A stretch of DNA of 24,000 nt from Sulfolobales archaeon Acd1 (GTDB lineage: Archaea > Thermoproteota > Thermoprotei_A > Sulfolobales > Sulfolobaceae). The stretch spans positions 499,064-523,063 of the forward strand of contig APJY01000001.1 in assembly GCA_000389735.1 (NCBI GenBank), read 5' to 3'. Below the pieces are notes generated by a model. The model had not been told where the DNA came from and did not search any database. It saw only the letters and a list, made by a program, of their open reading frames with translations. Numbering within the stretch: the stretch's first letter is position 1; each line of letters starts with the position of its first letter. Shown one piece after another: positions 1 through 7,888 of the stretch. A program made the translations under genes and the position numbers.

Positions 1-2
1 AG

Positions 3-557
3 AACAGGAGGCCCGAGGAGGCGTTGGACGTCAAGTTCAGGGACAACGAGGTGGACAGGTTCTACTTCTACGTCGTCAGGCTCCTGAGTCAGGGGACGGA
101 GACTCTGGAGGCCCTGAAGAGCGACGGTTACTCGGTCTCTCAAGTGGTCAACGTGTTCAGCGTGATAAGGAGCGTGGAGAGGATAAGCGATCACGCCTAT
201 AGGATAGCTGAGAACGTCCCATCCATCGTCGTCGGGGACTTCCCCGAGGAACTGGTGGAGTGGGGCTACTCAGTCCTCGAGCTCTACAGCAGGGCTATGA
301 ACGCCTTCCTGTCAAAGAAGAAGAAACAGGCGAGCGAGGTCATAGCCAAGGCCTCCTTGGTGAGGGAGGAGTACTGGCTTAAGGTAGTGAAGAGCTACGC
401 CGCATTGCCTAAGCCGGAACAGATCTTGCCCGCCTTACTGATTTCGGACTCCCTCAACAGGATAACGAGGTACTCGATGGACATCGCTGAGGCCACAATT
501 GACACGCTGGCCAAGGCCGAGCTCGAGAGTGCTCAGGGGGGTAACAGTTCCACCTGA
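3..557 (+). CDS. PhoU-domain protein (phosphate-uptake-regulator family), C-terminal part; N-terminus lies upstream of the window
   Basis: Frame 3 is open from the window edge, with no stop before the listed TTG at 24. Two helical PhoU-type repeat segments: RISDHAYRIAENV and ITRYSMDIAEATID. Stop at 555-557. Confidence 0.6.
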   Translation, partial: NRRPEEALDVKFRDNEVDRFYFYVVRLLSQGTETLEALKSDGYSVSQVVNVFSVIRSVERISDHAYRIAENVPSIVVGDFPEELVEWGYSVLELYSRAMNAFLSKKKKQASEVIAKASLVREEYWLKVVKSYAALPKPEQILPALLISDSLNRITRYSMDIAEATIDTLAKAELESAQGGNSST

Positions 558-1120
558 AGGCCCTCGAACCTGGTCTTTTTCAACACCTCTAAGTACTCCT
601 CCACCGTCCTCGCCTTCTTGACCTCGTTCGATAGCTTGAGTAAGTTCACGTAGTCGTCCTCAGTGAAGGGGCCCGAGACGCTGATCGAGAAATAGCACTC
701 TGTGCTATAGACCGAGAACACCAACATCCCTTTCGAGAGGAGATGCCAGGCCGTCCTTAGGTCCTGAGGGGACGGAAGACAAACGCCTGGGTGCGTGTGA
801 ACCTCCGCTATGGCTCCCTTTACCGGAGCCGTCACCCTTCCCTCATCGCCCTCCAGGATCAGGGCGTTCCCGTCTTCGGTTACGAAGGCCAGGTACTCTA
901 TCCCCGTCTCCATGGTTTCCTCCGCGAAGCTCCTGAGCCTCGTCCTGACGAACTCCCTGAAGGTCTCCCTGAACTCCCTCAGTGCCTCATGATAGACTTC
1001 GAGGAGGTCCTCCCTCCCAGACTCAATTCGCTCCTCCAGTTCCGAAACCCTCGCGTAAAGCCTCGAGAGATTGAGGGTCAATGAGTCCTTAACAAGCTCC
1101 TCCCTCTTGACGCTCATCAC
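533..1120 (-). CDS. Hypothetical protein with a divergent JAMM/MPN-like metal motif (HTHPGVCLPSPQD) and a charged helical N-terminus
   Basis: 195-aa ORF (GTG 1120, ATG 1117), 33 nt downstream of the pyrF stop on the same strand. Residues 108-120 read HxH-x6-S-xx-D (nt 799..761). Protein-like composition, unlike the shadow ORFs opposite it. Confidence 0.6.
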   Translation of the reverse strand: MMSVKREELVKDSLTLNLSRLYARVSELEERIESGREDLLEVYHEALREFRETFREFVRTRLRSFAEETMETGIEYLAFVTEDGNALILEGDEGRVTAPVKGAIAEVHTHPGVCLPSPQDLRTAWHLLSKGMLVFSVYSTECYFSISVSGPFTEDDYVNLLKLSNEVKKARTVEEYLEVLKKTRFEGLQVELLPP

Positions 1121-1153
1121 GGGTCACTCGAACTCGCGTGAGAAGGGACGTCA

Positions 1154-1807
1154 TCACGTGCCCCTAAGGCACTGGCTAACCCTCTCCTCCAAGGCCTTTA
1201 GAACTGCCCGGCTCTCCATCACGGGATCCTTAGCGGTGTAAATCCTTCTCCCGACGATCTCGACGTCCGCCCCAGCACAGATCGCGTCCCCCGGTGACCC
1301 TCCCTGTGCGCCCACTCCTGGAGACAAGATCCTCGCCTTAGACAAGTCCTTTCTGGCTTTAGCCACCATCGTTGGCTTAGTGGCTCCGACGATCACCCCT
1401 TTCGGGGAGACCTTCCTCACCACCTCGAGGAGCTTGGGATAGACTTCGTCGTCCCAGCCCGGGTGGGACATGGAGAGCACTAGGTAAAGCCCCTTTCCCT
1501 TCTGGTCGAGATCTATCTTCAGCGGGCCCAAGGCCTCTTCGATACCGATGAAGGAGTGAGCTATGAACGAGTCCACGAAGCTCAGCTTCGTGACGACCTT
1601 GCTCATGGTGTCGTAAATGTCGGCCAGCTTCAGGTCCGCGATCACCTCGACCCAGTTGAGGGACCTCACGAGCTCCCTAACCCCGTCCAGGCCGAGTTCC
1701 AGGATCAAGGGCCAGCCGATCTTCAGAACCCCTATGTAATGGGAGACCTCCCTCAGCACGGCCCTATCGAGGGGTACGTCGAGGGCTAGGGCTAGCCTCT
1801 CCTTCAC
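1154..1807 (-). CDS. pyrF: Orotidine 5'-phosphate decarboxylase
   Basis: 217 aa. Contains LALALD and the D-x-K-x-x-D catalytic motif (ADLKLADI). Lies 3 nt after the pyrE stop. Confidence 0.9.
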   Translation of the reverse strand: MKERLALALDVPLDRAVLREVSHYIGVLKIGWPLILELGLDGVRELVRSLNWVEVIADLKLADIYDTMSKVVTKLSFVDSFIAHSFIGIEEALGPLKIDLDQKGKGLYLVLSMSHPGWDDEVYPKLLEVVRKVSPKGVIVGATKPTMVAKARKDLSKARILSPGVGAQGGSPGDAICAGADVEIVGRRIYTAKDPVMESRAVLKALEERVSQCLRGT

Positions 1808-1810
1808 GCC

Positions 1811-2398
1811 TCACACCTTGTTCTCCTCGAGGTAAGCCTTAACCTTCTCCCTTTCGGATGGGCTCAGCTCTCCCCTCGTCAAAACCTCCTCCAGGATCTC
1901 GCTCACCTCATACACCGCAAGGAACTTCAGGCCTAGCCCCTCTATGAGCTGTCTCGCCCCCTCTTGTCTGTCAACGATCACCAAGGCGGCCACGGGAATC
2001 GCCCCCTCCTCTCTGAGGGCCTCTATGGAGTTCCTCAACGAGCCCCCCGTGGTGGCAACGTCGTCAACTACAACGACCTTCCTCCCCTTCACCTCGCCCT
2101 CCACGAGCCTCGAGGTGCCGTAGCCCTTCTTCTCGAGCCTCACGTAGCCCATCGGTTTCCCGGTCCTGCAGGCTATGAACGAGGCCAGCGGGACTCCTCC
2201 TGTAGCTACCCCCACTATATAGTCGTGATCTACCCCCTTCAGTAGCTCGATCGCTTCGTTAACGACCTGGTTGAAGAGCTCGGAATAGCTGGGGAGCTTC
2301 CTGAGGTCGAGGTAATAAGGGCTCTCTTTGCCCGAGGTGAGCTTGAAAGTGCCGATCATGAGCATGCCCTTATGCAGGAGCTCAACGGCTATCCCCAT
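1811..2398 (-). CDS. pyrE: Orotate phosphoribosyltransferase
   Basis: 195 aa. PRPP-binding loop VVVVDDVATTGGS. Adjacent to pyrF and divergent from pyrB. Confidence 0.9.
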   Translation of the reverse strand: MGIAVELLHKGMLMIGTFKLTSGKESPYYLDLRKLPSYSELFNQVVNEAIELLKGVDHDYIVGVATGGVPLASFIACRTGKPMGYVRLEKKGYGTSRLVEGEVKGRKVVVVDDVATTGGSLRNSIEALREEGAIPVAALVIVDRQEGARQLIEGLGLKFLAVYEVSEILEEVLTRGELSPSEREKVKAYLEENKV

Positions 2399-2461
2399 CG
2401 AACCGCTTTTTCCGAGGGCTTCGCTTTAAATTCTTGGTGAGCAAAGGGTAATGAAGGGCGT
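2399..2461. promoter_or_regulatory. Divergent pyrE / pyrB promoter region with one symmetric TATA-like element (CTTTAAATT, 2424-2432)
   Basis: This is the only A/T-rich element in the 63-bp gap. Its centre is about 30 nt from the pyrE ATG (2398) and about 34 nt from the pyrB TTG (2462). Confidence 0.45.
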
Positions 2462-3361
2462 TTGCCCGGACTGGTTTCAATTTACGATCTCACCAGGCAG
2501 GACATGGAGGAGATATTTGAGGACACCGAGAAACGCCTGAACGCTCAGCCCAGGAAAGAGCTCTCGGGTAAAATAGTGAGCCTGGCATTCTTCGAGCCCT
2601 CCACAAGGACCTACCTCAGCTTCGAGACGGCCGCGAAGAAGCTAGGGGCGGAGGTCATAGGCTTCACGGGTGAGGAGGCGATAAGCGTCGCCAAAGGCGA
2701 GAGCTTGGCCGACACCGTTAGGATGCTGGAGAATTACTCCGACATAATCGTCATGAGGCACAGGTTCGACGGGGCCGCGAAGTTCGCCTCCAGGGTCACC
2801 AGTAAGCCTGTAATAAACGCAGGCGACGGCAAGCACGAGCACCCCACCCAGACCCTTATCGACCTCTTCACCGTAAGGAGGAACTTCGGCTTCATCGACA
2901 ACCTGACTTTCGGACTCCTGGGCGACCTGAAGTACGCGAGGGTGGTGAACAGCCTGCTCAGGGGACTGAAGGCCTTCAGGCCCAAGCTGGCTTACCTCAT
3001 ATCCCCCGAGCCCCTGGCCGCGAGGAGGGAGATCTTGGAGGAGCTGAACTACCCTTACAGGGAGGTCAGGGAACCTCACGAGGTGATAGGGGAGGTGGAC
3101 GTTCTCTACGTGACCAGGATCCAGAAGGAGAGGTTCGTTGACGAACAGGAGTACGAGAGGGTCAAGGAGTCCTACAAGGTGGACTTGAAGCTGGTTGAGC
3201 AGATGAAGAAGGACGCGATTATCTTGCACGCCCTGCCCAGGGTTCAAGAAATAGACAGGAGGGTCGACAAGGACAAAAGGGCGAAGTATTTCGAGCAAGC
3301 CTCCTACGGCGTTCCAATAAGGATGTCGGTACTCGTAAAGTACGGGGTGGAGAAGGCTTGA
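2462..3361 (+). CDS. pyrB: Aspartate carbamoyltransferase catalytic subunit
   Basis: 299 aa. Signatures STRTYLSFE (S-T-R-T), HEHPTQ and HALPR. TTG is the first in-frame start after a TGA at 2438-2440. Confidence 0.95.
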   Translation: MPGLVSIYDLTRQDMEEIFEDTEKRLNAQPRKELSGKIVSLAFFEPSTRTYLSFETAAKKLGAEVIGFTGEEAISVAKGESLADTVRMLENYSDIIVMRHRFDGAAKFASRVTSKPVINAGDGKHEHPTQTLIDLFTVRRNFGFIDNLTFGLLGDLKYARVVNSLLRGLKAFRPKLAYLISPEPLAARREILEELNYPYREVREPHEVIGEVDVLYVTRIQKERFVDEQEYERVKESYKVDLKLVEQMKKDAIILHALPRVQEIDRRVDKDKRAKYFEQASYGVPIRMSVLVKYGVEKA

Positions 3362-3831
3362 GCTCCGCTACCCTGACGGTGAGCAAGATCAGGAACGGCA
3401 CTGTGATAGACCATATACCCGCGGGAAGGTCGCTGGCGGTGCTCAAAGTCCTTGGGATCACCGGCTACGAGGGGCTAAGGATAGCGATACTGATGAACGT
3501 CGAGTCCAAGAAGCTGGGTAGGAAGGACATCGTGAAGATCGAGGACAGAGTGGTGGACGAGAGGGAGGCGAGCGTTATAAGCCTCATAGCGCCCGAAGCC
3601 ACGATAAACATAGTCAGGGACTTCAACGTCGTGGAGAAGAGGAACCTCAGGCTTCCCGAGATAATCAAAGGGCTCCTGAAATGCCCGAACCCGCTGTGCG
3701 TGACCAACAACGACCCGGAGGCGCTGAGCGAGTTCGTCAAGGTGTCAGAGAAGCCCTTGAGGCTGAGGTGCGTGTACTGTGACACTTACTTGAACGAGGC
3801 CGACGTGCTGAGGCAGGTCGTTGGGCAGTGA
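3358..3831 (+). CDS. pyrI: Aspartate carbamoyltransferase regulatory subunit
   Basis: 157 aa. N-terminal [14 protein letters not shown]-terminal Zn site CPNPLC...CVYCD. TTGA start/stop overlap with pyrB. Confidence 0.95.
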   Translation: MSSATLTVSKIRNGTVIDHIPAGRSLAVLKVLGITGYEGLRIAILMNVESKKLGRKDIVKIEDRVVDEREASVISLIAPEATINIVRDFNVVEKRNLRLPEIIKGLLKCPNPLCVTNNDPEALSEFVKVSEKPLRLRCVYCDTYLNEADVLRQVVGQ

Positions 3832-4409
3832 GCTTTTCCAGGGTCATATCGATCGAGAGGGTTCCCGAGGTCTTTCAGGTAAAGGTGGAGTTCCGCAAGA
3901 GGCCCGAGCCGGGGCAGTTCGTCAGCCTGATAACCCCCGGCCCAAGGGAGGTACCCCTCAGCGTGGGCGACTGGGAGGACGGAACCCTCACGCTCTTCAT
4001 AGAGAGCGAGAGGCTCGCGAAGAGCCTAGGTAAGTACGTTTACGTTAAGGGCCCGTTGGGGACGCCCTTAGAGCTGAAGGGGAAGAAGCTAATTGCCATA
4101 GCCTACGGCAACAGGATCTACGACTTGAACTACGTAATCAAATCCGCAGAGAGGAAGGGTATGGACGTCTACGTCAAGTGCTACGAGTGCTCCTCTAAGT
4201 ACCCTGAGCCTGAGGACCTGAACGCTGACGTCGTGGTGGCCTCGGTGCCTAAGGAAATGCTAGGCCAACTCCCTAAGGGTTCGTTGGTTTACGTGAGGTG
4301 GGCCAAGATGAACTGCATGGTTGGGGTCTGCGGGAAGTGCGAAATCAACGGAAGGCTGGCGTGCGTTGAGGGCCCATTCCTGAGGTGGGAGGATGTGGTA
4401 CAGGGCTAA
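3828..4409 (+). CDS. pyrK: PyrK-like iron-sulfur electron-transfer subunit of dihydroorotate dehydrogenase (short form)
   Basis: 193 aa. C-terminal C-x4-C-x2-C-x7-C cluster motif ([23 protein letters not shown]). Has VKGPLG, but the GGxGxxP nucleotide-binding loop is degenerate (AYGNRIYDL). GTGA overlap with pyrI. Confidence 0.8.
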   Translation: MSFSRVISIERVPEVFQVKVEFRKRPEPGQFVSLITPGPREVPLSVGDWEDGTLTLFIESERLAKSLGKYVYVKGPLGTPLELKGKKLIAIAYGNRIYDLNYVIKSAERKGMDVYVKCYECSSKYPEPEDLNADVVVASVPKEMLGQLPKGSLVYVRWAKMNCMVGVCGKCEINGRLACVEGPFLRWEDVVQG

Positions 4410-5574
4410 GTTCCTCTATAAAGGGGAGATAACGGAGGGGTGCATAAACGCCTTCGGCACAATAGTCGAGATAAGGAAGGAGTGCAGGCCGGATCTGGAT
4501 CTGAGCAACGAGGGTCTCCTCCTCCCCGCGTCGATAGACATGCACGTCCACCTTAGGGACTGGGAGCAGGCCTACAAGGAGACCGTTGTGACCGGGACGA
4601 GCGAGGCTGTCTTTGGCGGCGTCGGCACGGTGATAGAGATGCCCAACACCGTTCCTCCCGTTAGGGACTACGACACCGCGGTAAGCAGGCTCACCCATTT
4701 GGATCGGTACGCGAGGACCGACTTCAGCCTCTTCGCCGGTGTCCCTAAAGACAGGAACGAGGCAGAGAGGATGGCGTCCCTACCGATAGCGGGTTTCAAG
4801 GTATTCCCCGAGGACTTAGAGAGCTTCCACGTCGTGGCCAGTTCCGAGAAGCTGAAGGTGCTTCACCCCGAAGTCGCTCTGGCCAACTCGTCCTTCAGGA
4901 ACATGAGGGCTTACTGGATGGAATTGGCGTCGCTTTACTTAGTTCACGGGAGGGTACACGTTACCCACAGCACCTCCCTGGACACGATAAGGCTGGCCAA
5001 ATCCCTGGGCTTCACGGCGGACTTCACCATGCACCACTTGCTAGTTGAGGGGGAAAGGGACTGCCTGAGCAAGGTTAACCCCCCGATCAGGGACGCGGTC
5101 CAGAGGAGGAAGCTCCTCCTGGCCTTTTACGAGGCGGAGCTGGTGGCGAGCGATCACGCCCCCCACGCTAAGGAAGAGAAGGCTATGCCCTACGAGCTTT
5201 GCCCCCCGGGAATAGCGGGGGTCTCGTTCACCACCCCCTTCGTCTTCAGCCTCGTGTTCAAGGACGTCCTCAGCCTAGACCGGGCCCTGGACTTGCTGGT
5301 CAGGAACCCGGCGAAGGTTCTGGGGGTGACGTATGGCGAGATAGAGGAGGGGTACCCCTCGAACTTCGTCGTGATCGCCAGGGAGAGCTGGAGGTACTCC
5401 ACGAGGTTCAGTAAGGTCACACAGACCCCTTTCGACCTCTACCCGCTTGAGGCCAGGGTGAAGTACACCATAGTCAGGGGGAAGGTAGTCTATGACGGGG
5501 AGGACGTTTACCCTGTCAAGGGATTGAACCCCTTCGCTAGGGCTGTTAGGGTCAAGTCCCTCACGGGGGCTTAG
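4393..5574 (+). CDS. pyrC: Dihydroorotase
   Basis: 393 aa. Amidohydrolase metal ligands DMHVHLRD (HxH), GFKVF and ASDHAPH. ATG preceded by GGTGGGAGG. 17-nt overlap with pyrK. Confidence 0.9.
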   Translation: MWYRAKFLYKGEITEGCINAFGTIVEIRKECRPDLDLSNEGLLLPASIDMHVHLRDWEQAYKETVVTGTSEAVFGGVGTVIEMPNTVPPVRDYDTAVSRLTHLDRYARTDFSLFAGVPKDRNEAERMASLPIAGFKVFPEDLESFHVVASSEKLKVLHPEVALANSSFRNMRAYWMELASLYLVHGRVHVTHSTSLDTIRLAKSLGFTADFTMHHLLVEGERDCLSKVNPPIRDAVQRRKLLLAFYEAELVASDHAPHAKEEKAMPYELCPPGIAGVSFTTPFVFSLVFKDVLSLDRALDLLVRNPAKVLGVTYGEIEEGYPSNFVVIARESWRYSTRFSKVTQTPFDLYPLEARVKYTIVRGKVVYDGEDVYPVKGLNPFARAVRVKSLTGA

Positions 5575-5635
5575 CCTAAGGTAAGCCTCTAGCTGAAGCG
5601 TAACTTATTTCCAGCGCGCCGTTACAATCCCTCCA

Positions 5636-6505
5636 GTGAGGTTCCTCGGCACGGAGTTCGAGAAGATAGTGGGGATAGCCTCAGGCGTCCTCCCCCCAGT
5701 CAAGGCGGTAAACGAGAGGGTCTGTAAGGAGTACTCCCCCGCTTTCCTCACGTCCAAGACTCTCACACCTTACCCCATGGAGCCCCACAGGGAGCCCACG
5801 GTGATCAAGTTCCATGAGGGCTGTTACATGAACGCGATTGGCCTAGGCAACCCAGGGATAGAGGGGATCAAGGAGAGCCTAGTAAAGGGGTGCAGGGTCA
5901 TAATAAGCGCGGGGGGAGCTAAGCCCGAGGAGTTCGCCGAGGTGGCGAGGCACTCCGAGGGGGCGTTCGCCGTTGAACTGAACGTGAGTAGCCCCAACAG
6001 AAAGGGATTCGGTGAGTCGACTAAGGACTACCTGAAGGACGTCATCCAGGCGGTGAAGTCCGCAACCGCTCTTCCGGTAATCGTCAAGCTAGGCCCGTGG
6101 GATAACGTCGTTGAGCTGGCAGGTAAGGCCCTGGAGTACGGGGCCGACGCGTTGACTTTGATTAACACGCTGAAGGGGAAGCTCTACGAGATTGAGGGCT
6201 TCACCCCCCTCCTTTCTTACGGCACCGGCGGCATCTCAGGCAGGTGCATACTTCCGCTGGCGGTGAGGATAATCTCGGAGGTTTACGCCGAGTACGAGGC
6301 CCAAATCATCGGAGTCGGGGGAGTGTTGGAGTGGCACGACGCGCTGTTACTGTTGGCCTCGGGCGCAAGGCTCGTGGGCTTGGCTTCAGCGATAATGGAG
6401 AGGGGCTTCAAGGCCGTAAGGGATATCGAAGAGGGGCTGAGGGAGTACTTCGCTAACAAAGGGTTAAAGCCTGAGGATGTCGTAGGTATAGGAGTCAAGA
6501 GGTGA
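5636..6505 (+). CDS. pyrD: Dihydroorotate dehydrogenase catalytic subunit, class 1 with Ser at the catalytic-base position
   Basis: 289 aa. Contains NAIGLGNPG, ELNVSSPN (Ser119, nt 5990-5992, where class 1A/1B enzymes have Cys) and GTGGISG. Confidence 0.9.
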   Translation: MRFLGTEFEKIVGIASGVLPPVKAVNERVCKEYSPAFLTSKTLTPYPMEPHREPTVIKFHEGCYMNAIGLGNPGIEGIKESLVKGCRVIISAGGAKPEEFAEVARHSEGAFAVELNVSSPNRKGFGESTKDYLKDVIQAVKSATALPVIVKLGPWDNVVELAGKALEYGADALTLINTLKGKLYEIEGFTPLLSYGTGGISGRCILPLAVRIISEVYAEYEAQIIGVGGVLEWHDALLLLASGARLVGLASAIMERGFKAVRDIEEGLREYFANKGLKPEDVVGIGVKR

Positions 6506-6511
6506 AGGTTA

Positions 6512-6814
6512 TTGCCCATGAAGGGTAGGGACTTCGAGACCCTCGTCTTCCTGGGGAAGCTCAAGGACGTCACGGTGGAGTTCTGTAACGAAGAGAAGAC
6601 CGAGGCTAAGGTCGTCGGAACCCTGCTCACCGGCGAGAAGGTCGAGACCGAATGCATCCCGACCAGGGCGGCAGGTAAGATATCGGTGGTGGCCAAACAC
6701 TATATAAGGATGGGAATTGCTAACTACGTAATCCAGGAACGCCCGGAGAACGTTGTGAACGTGGACGAGGTGGAGGAGGATGAAGTTCAGGATAGACAAG
6801 ATTCCCAAGACTGA
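6512..6814 (+). CDS. Hypothetical small protein (100 aa) with an acidic C-terminal tail
   Basis: TTG 6512 lies 6 nt after a GAGGTGA SD that overlaps the pyrD stop; ATG 6518 is an alternative start. Same strand as the pyr operon, with no promoter-like element in the 6-nt gap. No family recognised. Confidence 0.5.
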   Translation: MPMKGRDFETLVFLGKLKDVTVEFCNEEKTEAKVVGTLLTGEKVETECIPTRAAGKISVVAKHYIRMGIANYVIQERPENVVNVDEVEEDEVQDRQDSQD

Positions 6815-7106
6815 AGAGGACATGGAGGAGATAGTAAAAGAGGTCGAGGAGGAGCACGGGCACGAACACCATCACCATCACGAGCACGAGCACGACATTT
6901 TGGATGAGATACTCGTGTCGCTCCAGTCCATAGAGGGGAAGGTGAACCAACTGAGCGATGACGCCGAGTACTGCAGGAGGGAGATCAAAAGGATCTACCT
7001 ATCGATGAGTAAGCTCCTCAAAGCCGTCTTCGCTAAGGACGACAAGTCGAGGCTTCAGGCCCTGACGGAGCTTAAGGAAGTTTTGGAGAAGGAAATGACG
7101 GCCTAA
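6780..7106 (+). CDS. Hypothetical histidine-rich coiled-coil protein (HGHEHHHHHEHEH tract)
   Basis: 108-aa ORF. ATG 6780 is preceded by GGAGGAGGA; ATG 6822 is an alternative start. 35-nt overlap (+1 frame) with the preceding ORF. His tract at nt 6855-6893. Helical heptad-like C-terminal half. Confidence 0.55.
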   Translation: MKFRIDKIPKTEEDMEEIVKEVEEEHGHEHHHHHEHEHDILDEILVSLQSIEGKVNQLSDDAEYCRREIKRIYLSMSKLLKAVFAKDDKSRLQALTELKEVLEKEMTA

Positions 7107-7149
7107 ATGTGACCGAATCGGTTTAGGATAGTTACAAGCTAAGTCGGCG

Positions 7150-7159
7150 TTAATAGTTT
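7150..7159 (+). promoter_or_regulatory. TATA-like box (TTAATAGTTT) for the MarC-family gene
   Basis: A/T-rich element centred about 25 nt upstream of ATG 7179, consistent with a leaderless or near-leaderless transcript. Confidence 0.4.
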
Positions 7160-7178
7160 GAAGGCCTGAAACAACCCC

Positions 7179-7814
7179 ATGGTTGCTCTACTAGACTTAG
7201 GAGCGATACCGATCATCGTAGTGAAACTCTTCGCCATCATAGACCCCTTCAGCGTCATCCCTTATCTGCTCGCCATATATGAGACGGCAGTTAAGGAGCA
7301 GAACGATAGGATCACCTGGAGGGTCCTGAGCAACAGGATAACATTAGCGGTCACTGTCCTTCTGATTGTCTTCAGCGTGTTGGGTGGCCTAATCCTTGAC
7401 TTCCTCGGGATTTCTCCTCAGGCGTTCGAGATAGCCGGCGGAATACTCCTGATTTACCTGGGTATAGACACGATGGGAGGGTTCCAGCAGCTCAAGTTCG
7501 CGAGGAAGCTCGAGGAAGCCGTGGTGACCCCAATAGCGACCCCGCTGCTTGTAGGGCCAGGCACCATAACCGCCCTCATTAACCTATCGATAACATACTC
7601 CGCCCTCACGCTCATCATCTCAAGCCTGATAACTGCCCTACTCGTTTACGTCAGCCTCCTCTCCGGCCCCTTCCTGCTTAAGGCGTTGGGAGAGGTGGGA
7701 ACCATCGCCGCGGGAAGGTTCGTGGCCATAATCATCGCCGCCTTCGGAGTACAGCTGATTCTATCTGGCCTAAGCGGCGTGCTTGGCCCTGCAACGCTAT
7801 CTAGTCGCGTTTAA
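7179..7814 (+). CDS. MarC-family (UPF0056) integral membrane protein
   Basis: 211 aa and multi-pass hydrophobic. N-terminal signature [14 protein letters not shown] and central [13 protein letters not shown]. Confidence 0.8.
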   Translation: MVALLDLGAIPIIVVKLFAIIDPFSVIPYLLAIYETAVKEQNDRITWRVLSNRITLAVTVLLIVFSVLGGLILDFLGISPQAFEIAGGILLIYLGIDTMGGFQQLKFARKLEEAVVTPIATPLLVGPGTITALINLSITYSALTLIISSLITALLVYVSLLSGPFLLKALGEVGTIAAGRFVAIIIAAFGVQLILSGLSGVLGPATLSSRV

Positions 7815-7848
7815 ACTATGTTCAAGCTAACGCGCTTCAATCTTCAAA

Positions 7849-7858
7849 GTTTTTAATC
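7849..7858 (+). promoter_or_regulatory. TATA-like box (GTTTTTAATC) for the Lrp/AsnC gene
   Basis: It directly abuts GTG 7859 and is centred about 35 nt upstream of ATG 7889. This favours ATG 7889 as the start, with a roughly 10-nt leader. Confidence 0.4.
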
Positions 7859-7888
7859 GTGAGGTTCGACCTCCTCAAGCGATTCTCA

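Noticed and set aside
2451-2540. Out-of-frame ATG (2451) opens a 29-codon ORF overlapping the pyrB start, possibly a pyrL-like leader peptide or attenuator.
   Set aside because: The predicted TSS (about 2454) lies at or after this ATG. There is no terminator/antiterminator hairpin or U-tract. Leader-peptide attenuation is a bacterial pyrBI mechanism with no support here.
2642-3298. Long antisense ORFs opposite confirmed genes, possibly overlapping genes. Examples: 2642-3298(-) opposite pyrB, 11217-11744(+) opposite serS, 12696-13199(+) opposite hisH, 14937-15653(+) opposite hisF, 20670-21044(+) opposite leuS, 23340-23858(+) opposite ttuA.
   Set aside because: Each lies entirely inside a gene with strong family signatures on the other strand. 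Their translations are Pro/Arg/Gly/Leu/His-rich low-information sequences, typical of shadow frames in GC-biased coding DNA. None has its own promoter or SD element.
6756-6822. Possible programmed +1 frameshift fusing ORF100 and ORF108 into one protein.
   Set aside because: There is no slippery or hungry-codon context. The downstream frame has its own ATG with an adjacent GGAGGAGGA, plus a second ATG at 6822 just past the upstream stop. Overlap and coupling explain the arrangement adequately.
6855-6893. His run as an engineered His-tag or vector contamination.
   Set aside because: The tract is interrupted by Gly and Glu (HGHEHHHHHEHEH), uses mixed CAC/CAT codons, is embedded mid-ORF in native-looking sequence, and has no flanking vector or linker motifs.
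7861-7873. GAGGTTCGACCTC resembles a tRNA T-arm (GGTTCGA).
   Set aside because: The loop is only 3 nt (stem GAGGT/ACCTC). There is no acceptor, D or anticodon arm around it. I kept it only as a possible operator.
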